This document shows positions 1-7,709 of a stretch of 64,000 nucleotides of DNA, piece after piece. Source of the DNA: Deltaproteobacteria bacterium. Its GTDB lineage: Bacteria; Desulfobacterota; Syntrophobacteria; Syntrophobacterales; Syntrophobacteraceae. The stretch's first letter is position 1; the number at the start of each line of letters is the position of its first letter. Location: assembly GCA_021813685.1 (NCBI GenBank), contig JAKAJS010000238.1, positions 842-64,841 on the forward strand, read 5' to 3'. A program made the position numbers and the translations under genes. The notes under the pieces are model-generated. The model was not told the origin of the DNA, ran no database searches, and saw only the letters and a program-made list of their open reading frames with translations.

Positions 1-42
1 AAAACGGCTGCCGCGTAGCCAAGCCACGCAGGGCGATTCGTT

Positions 43-2043
43 CTATCCCCTCGCATGAGATCTTTCCAATGTCTGCCCGGATTGCGCCCCGGGCAAACGA
101 ACGCTGAACTTCGCCCCTGCGCCGGGGGTGCTCGTAACCCCAATTGCCCCGCCATGCCGCTCGACGATTTTCCTGCAAATGGCAAGACCCATGCCCGTTC
201 CCTCGAATCGGCTGCTTCTGCCGTGAAGTCGTTGGAAAGGGGCGAAGATCCTGTCGCTATACTGCTCCTCGAACCCGATACCGTTGTCTTCGACGACTAT
301 GTGCAACTCGCCCCCGACCATGGCGCTCTCTACCCGGACCACGGGTGCCACCCCTTCCCTGTGAAACTTGAGTCCGTTTCCAATGAGATTTTGAAAGAGT
401 TGTCTCATCTGCGTGGGGTCGGCATGGACAACAGGAAGCTCTCCAATGCGTACTTCCCCCCCGGTGTTCCTGATTCGCACCTCCAGATCGCTCACCACCT
501 CCCGGACTATTTCCGAAAGGTCGGTTTGCGTAAACGCATCGGCCCGGGTTGTAACGCGCGAGTATTCCAGAAGCCCGGAAAGCAGGGACTGCATGCGTCC
601 GTTGGCATTGAGCACCCTGTCCAGGCAGCCGTTGCCCTGTTCTCCGAGCGACTCGCCGTACTTTTGCCGGAGCATGCCCGCAAAGGTCCCCACTTTGCGG
701 AGCGGTTCCTGCAAATCGTGCGAGGCAATCGAGGCGAAATCCTGGAGCGCCTGGTTGCTCTGCTCGAGTTTTTTCACAACTGTGCTGAGTTCGGCGGTGC
801 GCTCGGCCACACGCAGTTCCAGCTCGTCGCGGGCCTTGCGGGTTTCTTCCTCCATCCGCTTGCGCTCGGTGATGTCTTCGGTAAAGATCACGACACCCCC
901 GACATTCCCTTTCGAGTCGTGCCATGGTCTCACTTCCCAGCGCAGCCACTGGACGGAGCCGTCCATCCTCTCGAAGCGGTCTTCCTCAACCTTCAAGACT
1001 TCCCCGGTCAGTGCCCGTCGGTGAATTTCCTTCCATGCCTCGCAGATTTCCGGAAACACCTCGTAGTGGGAAAGGCCCGTAACATTTCGGTCTAAAAGGT
1101 TATACTCGCTTGCCCACCTGCGGCTGCAGCTCAGATAGCGCATCTCGCGGTCAAACATCGCAAGGGAGGCGGGAGCGTGCTCGATAAACAGGCGCAGTCT
1201 CTCTTCGCTTTCCTGCAAGGCCTCGGCCGCCCTTCTTTTCCCGGTAACATCATGGAATACGAGCACCACGCCGGAAACCTCCCCCCTGCTGTCTGCGATC
1301 GGGGCAGCGCTGTCTTCGATCGGAATCTCACGCCCATCCGGCGTCACAAGAACCGTATGATTCGCCAAACCCACTGCGGCGCCCTCCTGAAGCACCCGCT
1401 CGATAATGTCTTCGGCCGGGACGCGGCTCTTTTCGTCGATAACCCGGAAAATCTCCCGGATCGGCTCTCCCAGAGCCTTTTCGATCGACCAGCCGGTAAG
1501 AGCCGCAGCAACCGGATTTATGAAGGTCACCTTCCCCTGCTTATCCGTGCTGAGGACTCCGTCGCCGATGCTGGCAAGGGTGACTTTGAACCGCTCGCGC
1601 TGTTCGCGCAAACGCTCTTCGGCTTCTTCACGCTCGGCAAGAAGCCTCGCCTGCACCTCCAGGGCTTCCCGGGTTCGCACCTGAGCCCGCAAGGCGGCTT
1701 CGGCAAACCAGGAGATCAAAACACCGGAGGCCAGGAAAACCAATATGCCTATCAGATCGCGGGTGTTCTTCGGAGTGAACCGGCCGACCGGAGCAATCCA
1801 GAAATAACCGGCGAAGACGGCTGAAAGCCCCGTGGCAATCGATCCGGCGGACAGGCCTCCGTAAAAGGCGGCAATCGCCACGGCAGGGTAAAATGTGAGA
1901 AATGGCACGAAGAGCCCGAGAACTCCCAGAAAACCTAGGCGAACAAAGGCGGCGAGGATTGCGACAAGAGTTGCCACGACGCAACGGACCCAGAGCGGAT
2001 GGTTCCTGCGGTCCCATACCATGGTGATTTCCTGTTGTGACAT
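43..2043 (-). CDS. Membrane sensor histidine kinase (hydrophobic KdpD/DUF4118-like N-terminal module, two PAS domains, HisKA, HATPase_c)
   Basis: 666-aa ORF. Four hydrophobic segments at the N-terminus. PAS-like 'SIGDGVLSTDKQGKVTFINPVAAALTGW' plus a second PAS. H-box 'ASHDLQEPLRKV'. ATPase boxes 'EDNGIGF' and 'GTGMGLAICRKIV'. Confidence 0.9.
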   Translation of the reverse strand: MSQQEITMVWDRRNHPLWVRCVVATLVAILAAFVRLGFLGVLGLFVPFLTFYPAVAIAAFYGGLSAGSIATGLSAVFAGYFWIAPVGRFTPKNTRDLIGILVFLASGVLISWFAEAALRAQVRTREALEVQARLLAEREEAEERLREQRERFKVTLASIGDGVLSTDKQGKVTFINPVAAALTGWSIEKALGEPIREIFRVIDEKSRVPAEDIIERVLQEGAAVGLANHTVLVTPDGREIPIEDSAAPIADSRGEVSGVVLVFHDVTGKRRAAEALQESEERLRLFIEHAPASLAMFDREMRYLSCSRRWASEYNLLDRNVTGLSHYEVFPEICEAWKEIHRRALTGEVLKVEEDRFERMDGSVQWLRWEVRPWHDSKGNVGGVVIFTEDITERKRMEEETRKARDELELRVAERTAELSTVVKKLEQSNQALQDFASIASHDLQEPLRKVGTFAGMLRQKYGESLGEQGNGCLDRVLNANGRMQSLLSGLLEYSRVTTRADAFTQTDLSEIVREVVSDLEVRIRNTGGEVRIGELPVVHADPTQMRQLFQNLIGNGLKFHREGVAPVVRVESAMVGGELHIVVEDNGIGFEEQYSDRIFAPFQRLHGRSSRFEGTGMGLAICRKIVERHGGAIGVTSTPGAGAKFSVRLPGAQSGQTLERSHARG

Positions 2044-2242
2044 GAGGAGATTTTAAAAAACTCCGTCACCTTATACCACGCACGGTGAGCGTAACCAACC
2101 GCAAACTGCCGGTGTCGCCTCCGGGTTTCCGGATGGACCCGTCGCGGGGCGTGTCGGACAGCAACAGGGTAAGGAGTTTGGTTATTCTTGGCATGCAGCC
2201 GGGAGTGACCCGAGGGGAGTTTGCCTGCTTTGTAATGCCGGC

Positions 2243-2803
2243 TCAGGCGAGCTCGATAAATTGTATCTCGATCCCCTGTACGCATTGCATAAGGATCCGA
2301 AAAAGACTCTCTGCGGGGATTCTCTGGCTGGGTCGGGCCGGGGTGAGGGTTGTCGTGTACATCCCGCAGAGGTGAATCTCGATATCCAGGCGGGGAGGTT
2401 TGTAGGCAAACGAGGCAAAATCTTCTCCTTCGACGTAGAAAAATTCGATGTAGACCGGGCTGCCCCTGTCTGTTGTGAAAAACCCCTGCCCCTCTTTTAC
2501 GATTCCTGTTGAATGCTCGCCCCAGTCCGGCTCCAGCCGGTAGCGTGCAAAGCAGTACAAAGACTCGATAACCGAGGGCTTGATCCTCACCCCGAACCCT
2601 TCGGCGATGTCCGGATAGCGCCGGAAGATATTTTCAAAATCCACTTGCAATCCGGGTGGAAGCTGCAGCATGATTTCATAGAAATTGGACAACAGGGGCT
2701 CGAAAATTCGCTGTACCGTATCGGCAGGCACTTTTCCCCGCAACATCTGCTTTCGAAAGCTGGAAAATAAAACGTCGGGAAATCTTTCAAAGACCGGATT
2801 CAC
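2243..2803 (-). CDS. Hypothetical protein (~186 aa), no family recognised
   Basis: The ORF track gives 2243..3088, but its first ~66 codons overlap the 3' end of the upstream ORF and are Pro/Gly/Arg-rich junk. GTG at 2803 is preceded by GGGAGAG with a 4-nt spacer. The downstream sequence has coding-like composition ('FERFPDVLFSSFRKQMLRGKVPADTVQRIFEPLL...'). The start is uncertain. Confidence 0.45.
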   Translation of the reverse strand: MNPVFERFPDVLFSSFRKQMLRGKVPADTVQRIFEPLLSNFYEIMLQLPPGLQVDFENIFRRYPDIAEGFGVRIKPSVIESLYCFARYRLEPDWGEHSTGIVKEGQGFFTTDRGSPVYIEFFYVEGEDFASFAYKPPRLDIEIHLCGMYTTTLTPARPSQRIPAESLFRILMQCVQGIEIQFIELA

Positions 2804-2886
2804 TTCGCTCTCCCAAGGGAAATAGGCACAAAGACGGCCTGCGGCAATGCAAAGGGACAGTCCCCCGATACGCCTGTTCTGCGACC

Positions 2887-3723
2887 CTATTTGCAAAACA
2901 CGGCTAATACCTGTTCCAGTATAGACCTTCTGTGGTCGGCCAAAAGGCACCTGTTGACATGCTCCAGCCGGTTTTCCATGTTGAACTGGCGCTTGAGCTT
3001 GAGGGCGAATCGCCTTCTGTCCTCGCCCTGGAGCCAGCCAAAGAGGGTCTTCTCCCATTTGCCTCCCTCGAAGCCCGGGAGGCGGCATTCCTCATTGATG
3101 AGGGTTCCCTCTATCGTGCAGTCGAGCAATTGTTTGAATTTGCCGCGAAAGTACTCCGGCCCCTTTGCGCAGACCCGGGGTTCGGTCTTCACGATTTCGA
3201 TGGCCAGATAGATAAACCAGATCATCGAACGTAAGCGCATCGTCCTGTCCTGGTCCGGGCGCTCTTTGGGCTTGGCGCGGGAAAACATGTGCAGAAAACA
3301 GAGCAGGTCCTTTTCATCTTCGGCTCTCGATTGGTTGAAAAAACACTGTATCAGAATCTTAAGCGCCTCGTTCTGATGCGGAATCAGCACGCAGTCGTGA
3401 TCGGCCCGGCACTGGATTCCGAAGGAATCCTCGAGGATCACCTCCACGGTCTGCTGGTCCCGGAAAATCGTGAAATGCTCCGGGGTGATTCGCTCCGCCA
3501 TACGCTCGAGGGCGAAATTTATGAGAAATAAACGCACGGCCTCGTGCTTTGCGCCGTTCTTGGGGGTGCGCCCGGCAGTCAGATCCAGAAGCCGCTCCAC
3601 CAGGAGCTCGCGGTCGCTTTGCAGAATTTGCGCCATGGGCGCCAGCGAAGGCGCCGAGGACCAGGCGTGGATGTGGCTGTCTATCGTCGCGTTGATTCGG
3701 GTAATGTGTCTGGATAAAGACAT
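2887..3723 (-). CDS. Hypothetical protein (~278 aa), no family recognised
   Basis: Long ORF 2887..3750, where 3750 is a TTG. ATG at 3723 is preceded by GGAGAG with a 7-nt spacer; ATG at 3738 is an alternative. Balanced amino-acid composition and no recognisable motif. Lower GC by eye than flanking housekeeping genes. Confidence 0.55.
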   Translation of the reverse strand: MSLSRHITRINATIDSHIHAWSSAPSLAPMAQILQSDRELLVERLLDLTAGRTPKNGAKHEAVRLFLINFALERMAERITPEHFTIFRDQQTVEVILEDSFGIQCRADHDCVLIPHQNEALKILIQCFFNQSRAEDEKDLLCFLHMFSRAKPKERPDQDRTMRLRSMIWFIYLAIEIVKTEPRVCAKGPEYFRGKFKQLLDCTIEGTLINEECRLPGFEGGKWEKTLFGWLQGEDRRRFALKLKRQFNMENRLEHVNRCLLADHRRSILEQVLAVFCK

Positions 3724-3823
3724 GCTCGCGCTCTCCATGGGGAGAAACAAAAGCCGCCCCGAAGACCGGACCGACGCCCGGCGATACCGTAAGACGCTGC
3801 ACGATGTAAAAAAGAAAACCGAA

Positions 3824-3889
3824 AAAGAGCGGGGGCTATCGCCCCCTGCACCCCCACGCCGCTGCGCGGCTCAGGGGGCGCTTCGGCGA
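3824..3889 (+). repeat. Copy 1 of a GC-rich double-hairpin intergenic repeat (REP-like)
   Basis: Core 'AAAGAGCGGGGGCTATCGCCCCCTGCACCCCCACGCCGCTGCGCGGCTCA' is near-identical to 13318..13368 (+) and to the reverse complement of 18706..18773. Hairpins GGGGGC-n4-GCCCCC and GCCGC-n3-GCGGC. The tail 'GCGCTTCGGCGA' is shared with copy 3. Confidence 0.85.
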
Positions 3890-4260
3890 AAGGGCAACGC
3901 GCGCCGTGTGGCCCTGGTCGTCCAATTCCCGGGAGGGGACGGCTGGAGGACCTGTGGGAGCAAAAAATTATGCCATGACGCATTGCACGCACCTGGGGCC
4001 CACCCTACCACGGAATTTGCCCCCGGCACGCGAGATGGTAAAAAATTTGCCCCGCCTCACGCCTGCCGGCCATAAATCGGCTCGCGCGCACTCCGGGGAC
4101 ACGATTACCCCATTATGGCTGTTTTTGGCGGCCGCCTTTTCGTGCGGTCGTGCGGCCATCGTGACCAAACGGAGGGGTACCGGTGATGAAGGGTTCATCG
4201 CCGCTTGTGAGGAGGGCTTCGGCGGGCATCGGGCGGGCGATTGCCCCGGCGTTGGGAAAC

Positions 4261-5372
4261 CGGTCAATCGCCCGAAGGCTCTTCTTATCTCTGCAACCCG
4301 GCGTGCAGGCGCGGAACGGGGACGGCTATAATGAGTCTCAATCGCCCGAAGGCTCTTCTTATCTCTGCAACGGAAGCCAAAGAGGCTTTCCCGGAACTGC
4401 TCTTTACTAAGTCTCAATCGCCCGAAGGCTCTTCTTATCTCTGCAACAATAAGATCGACGCCAACTCGATCAGCGATCCGAAGCAGGTCTCAATCGCCCG
4501 AAGGCTCTTCTTATCTCTGCAACTTAAAGGACAAGGAATACATTGGCTGGTTAGATATTTCGTCTCAATCGCCCGAAGGCTCTTCTTATCTTCTCAACTC
4601 GGATCGATGTCCTGAGCTCGAAAATGGCCAGAATAATCGAGTCTCAATCGCCCGAAGGCTCTTCTTATCTCTGCAACTACAGAAGTTCCCTTAAAGTGTT
4701 CAAAGAGCATGGTCTCAATCGCCCGAAGGCTCTTCTTATCTCTGCAACGCTTTCGGAATGAAGCCGACCGCCGAATAGAGGAGTATGAAAGGTCTCAATC
4801 GCCCGAAGGCTCTTCTTATCTCTGCAACCAGTGATTTGGTGTTACACCAATCCCGCTAGTTCGCATCGATTGGATGTCTCAATCGCCCGAAGGCTCTTCT
4901 TATCTCTGCAACTTTGCCAGAGACTACGATGGAACGCTTCACGTGTTTTTGTCTCAATCGCCCGAAGGCTCTTCTTATCTCTGCAACTCTCCTCAAAGAA
5001 GAGAAAAAGTGGTCACATCGAAGAAAGGTCTCAATCGCCCGAAGGCTCTTCTTATCTCTGCAACCATCAAATCTCCCGAGTATAAGGAGAGACAGAGGAA
5101 AGGTCTCAATCGCCCGAAGGCTCTTCTTATCTCTGCAACCAGTTTTGTGTAAAAGGTTGTGCCGAAGCGGCTAAATACGAGTCTCAATCGCCCGAAGGCT
5201 CTTCTTATCTCTGCAACTCAGCAATGACAGACCCACAATCCTTTTCCTCGATGAATTCAAGTCTCAATCGCCCGAAGGCTCTTCTTATCTCTGCAACCAA
5301 TATCACAATTAATGGGGGATACCTAGACCCACTGAGTCTCAATCGCCCGAAGGCTCTTCTTATCTCTGCAAC
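4261..5372 (-). CRISPR. CRISPR array, 15 x 37-nt repeats and 14 spacers (34-47 nt); transcription inferred on the minus strand
   Basis: Repeat on the + strand is GTCTCAATCGCCCGAAGGCTCTTCTTATCTCTGCAAC. Copies: 4261-4297 (3 mismatches at its left end), 4335-4371, 4411-4447, 4487-4523, 4562-4598 (3 mismatches near the right end), 4641-4677, 4712-4748, 4792-4828, 4876-4912, 4951-4987, 5028-5064, 5103-5139, 5181-5217, 5261-5297, 5336-5372. All spacers are unique. The minus-strand form GTTGCAGAGATAAGAAGAGCCTTCGGGCGATTGAGAC ends in an ATTGAGAC handle-like motif. Confidence 0.97.
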
Positions 5373-5600
5373 AGTCCCTCTCTGGACGCGCTCCAGGCAA
5401 GGCCGCGTGGGACCGAAAACGGTAACCTCCTTTCAATCGCCCTTATTAACCCCGATTTTTCCATCACGATTCTATCCAGAACCCGTAAAAATCAAAACAA
5501 CTCAACACTTTGCAGGAAAGCGGTAACCTCGCCCGTTTTTCCCCAAAACGAGTTACCCTTCTAAAGTGTAATAAAATCGGAGTCTTGCGTCATCTTTTCT
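5373..5600 (-). promoter_or_regulatory. Putative CRISPR leader (AT-richer flank), containing one heavily decayed repeat at about 5432..5450
   Basis: The flank right of the last repeat is visibly AT-richer ('GATTTTTCCATCACGATTCTATCCAGAACCCGTAAAAATCAAAACAACTCAACAC') than the GC-rich left flank. 'TCAATCGCCCTTATTAAC' looks like a repeat with internal deletions. Orientation depends on the minus-strand inference. Confidence 0.35.
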
Positions 5601-5761
5601 CTCCGGAGTATCTCAATGCGCTGTGCGCATCCGGCGCACAAAGGGTATATCCATAGCAAGTGGGTCCAAGACGGACACGCCCGCGCTTAAGCCGGGAACG
5701 CCCCTCTTCAGGACACACTGATCACCAGTAATACCATACCAGATCGCTTGAAACATTTCAT

Positions 5762-6126
5762 CAACTGAATGCGCATGGATGTAGCCGGCGAGTAGTAGAC
5801 ATCGGCTCGGTCGTGGCACTGCGGACTCTTCGCCGTACGGGCGATTACCGATGGTTTGCGCATGGGTCTTATGGGGAAAATCATCCGGGTGACCACGATT
5901 GAACCGGGAATGGTGAAGACCGAATTTGCCCGGATGCGCCTGGAAGGCGATGAAGAGCAGGCTGAGGCACTCTATCGGGGGGGAACCGCTCCAGCCCGAA
6001 GACATTGCCGAGGCGGTGCTCTGGTGCCTGGAGCGCCCGCCCCGTGTGAACATCCAGGAGATGGTCGTTTTGCCTGCCGCCCGGGCAGGAGTGGGGCAGA
6101 TGTACCTGCAGCGGGAGGAGTCCTGA
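5762..6126 (+). pseudogene. Short-chain dehydrogenase/reductase (YdfG-like) remnant: N-terminal Rossmann part missing, at least 2 frameshifts
   Basis: Three frames carry consecutive SDR-like pieces: 'VVDIGSVVA', then 'FAVRAITDGLRMGLMGKIIRVTTIEPGMVKTEFARMRLEGDEEQAEALYRG', then 'EPLQPEDIAEAVLWCLERPPRVNIQEMVVLPA'. The last frame change coincides with a G7 run at 5977..5983. No TGxxxGxG N-terminus is present. Confidence 0.75.
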
Positions 6127-6183
6127 GCCCGATGCTGTTGACTTTTAAGGGAAATCCCCCTAAGTCCCCCCCTTCCTGCAGCG

Positions 6184-6642
6184 CTACGGCATTAAAAAAA
6201 ATCCCAGGATCTTTCGGCTGTGTTCGTCGATATGTAAAAATTTACAACTGATTTCGTCTTTTTCTATGTTTGAAACCGATGCCGTACAGGTTACCGTGCC
6301 GTCTTGAATCGGAAACACGATCTTTATCGCCTGGTTCATTGCAAGCGGTTTCCCTGACAAATTCAAAAAACGCATCCCTTCTTTAGAAACATCAAGGACC
6401 TTGATATCGTTTTCTTCTTTTGCATCAATACTGCTGAAGTATTTGCCATAAGAACCGAGCTTCTTGCGATAATGCTGCCTCTTCTCAAAGAGTGCCGTGA
6501 ACGTATTGCCACAACCGCACGTGACTGTGAGCGAACGGGGGACGCGTCCGGCCTCGAATTGTACCGCAGTAGCCTTCCCGCACTGAGAGCAAACGGAAAC
6601 TCCGTTTCGCTCTTCATCCAGGTAAATCGTGATTTTTTCCAT
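6184..6642 (-). CDS. PilZ-domain protein with N-terminal Cys4 zinc-ribbon
   Basis: 152 aa. 'CSQCGK...CGCGN' zinc-ribbon-like. PilZ c-di-GMP motifs RxxxR ('RQHYR') and DxSxxG ('DVSKEG'). Confidence 0.75.
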   Translation of the reverse strand: MEKITIYLDEERNGVSVCSQCGKATAVQFEAGRVPRSLTVTCGCGNTFTALFEKRQHYRKKLGSYGKYFSSIDAKEENDIKVLDVSKEGMRFLNLSGKPLAMNQAIKIVFPIQDGTVTCTASVSNIEKDEISCKFLHIDEHSRKILGFFLMP

Positions 6643-6879
6643 ATACCCTTTTTACTCTCTCATAAGTAGCAGACGGTCTGAAATTTAGGTCGGAAAAGAC
6701 TCTAACGCACTTCAATCCGTGGTCAGAATACAATTTTTTACAGACAATCCGCAACGCAAACTTGCGTGAGGTTTATTTTTTTGCTTTACAATTAGTTCGC
6801 CCGGTGATAGGCGGATAGTTGCCTTACTGGCGATTCCCATTGAAAAAAGCGATCTTTATTGTGCGTAAGGAGAAAAGCC

Positions 6880-7038
6880 ATGCAATGGTTTAGCTTCCTG
6901 TCAGGCATCACCGTGGGGACACTTGCCGGCACGGTTATCTCGGCGTTTTGCCACGTCGCCGCAGATTCGGATCGGGAGGAAAATAGGGAGAAAGCCGCCC
7001 CGGTGAAGGCCTGCGCGGCCCGGCCGCACGTCAATTGA
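6880..7038 (+). CDS. Possible small membrane protein (52 aa)
   Basis: ATG at 6880 is preceded by AAGGAG with an 8-nt spacer. 'MQWFSFLSGITVGTLAGTVISAFCHV' forms one hydrophobic helix followed by a charged tail. It is below the ORF-track size cutoff. The competing antisense ORF 6792..7034 looks non-coding. Confidence 0.3.
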   Translation: MQWFSFLSGITVGTLAGTVISAFCHVAADSDREENREKAAPVKACAARPHVN

Positions 7039-7082
7039 GCCGGTCGTCCGCTGCCTGAGTTGCTCCCATTCTCCCTTGGGGG

Positions 7083-7442
7083 CTAGAAGAGCCTGCCTCC
7101 GATTTTGGCGTCTGCGGCGGGGGAGACGAAGGTGGCTTCGCCGCTTTCGGCCTTCGGGAACTGAACGCCCAGCACCAGGGCTTCGGAGAGTATCTCGCCG
7201 ATTTTCCTTGGCGCAAAGTTAAGCACTCCCAGCACCAGTCGCCCCCTCACCTCTTCGATGGGGTGGTGTGTAAAGCGCCCGACACTTACGCGTCTTCCAA
7301 ATTTACCGAAATCGATGACCATCCTGTAGCTGGGCCTGGGAGCAGAAGGTTCGAGTTCCACCTCGACGATCCTTCCGACCCGAATCTCCAACCTGTCGAA
7401 AATCTCTTCTTTTTCCACAACGGGCAGGGTTTCCCGAGACAT
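7083..7442 (-). CDS. tRNA-binding (EMAP/CsaA-like OB-fold) domain protein
   Basis: 119 aa. 'RVGRIVEVE..P.A.KPSYRMVIDFG' and 'LVLGVLNFAPRKIGEILSEALVLG' are typical of the CsaA/tRNA_bind family. Confidence 0.75.
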   Translation of the reverse strand: MSRETLPVVEKEEIFDRLEIRVGRIVEVELEPSAPRPSYRMVIDFGKFGRRVSVGRFTHHPIEEVRGRLVLGVLNFAPRKIGEILSEALVLGVQFPKAESGEATFVSPAADAKIGGRLF

Positions 7443-7709
7443 GGCGCTTCCTCCGGTTCATGAGAATAAAGAGCGGCTTTTCCCGGCAAAATAGCGCCAA
7501 AAGCGGATTCGGGTCAATAGGGCGATGTTTGATGTCCCGGAGGTAAAATCGGTCGCAACCCCTCATGTGTATCCTAGGTCTGACTTGCCTCTTTACTGGT
7601 AGTTTCTTATCCTGTAATCGGTAGTCTCTTATCAAGTAAAAGGAATTCATAGCTGAGGGGTAACATTTACATCCGGCCTTCCGAGGTCTGGAATGAAAAG
7701 GAGAGGACT

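Noticed and set aside
4183-5526. Several 60-125-aa ORFs on both strands that contain recurring peptides such as 'SQSPEGSSYLCN', 'NRPKALLISAT' and 'VSIARRLFLSLQ'.
   Set aside because: The recurring peptides are translations of the CRISPR repeat in different frames. They are array artefacts, not genes.
6792-7034. 80-aa minus-strand ORF.
   Set aside because: It has no RBS and an odd composition. The opposite strand has a better small ORF (6880..7038) with an AAGGAG RBS.
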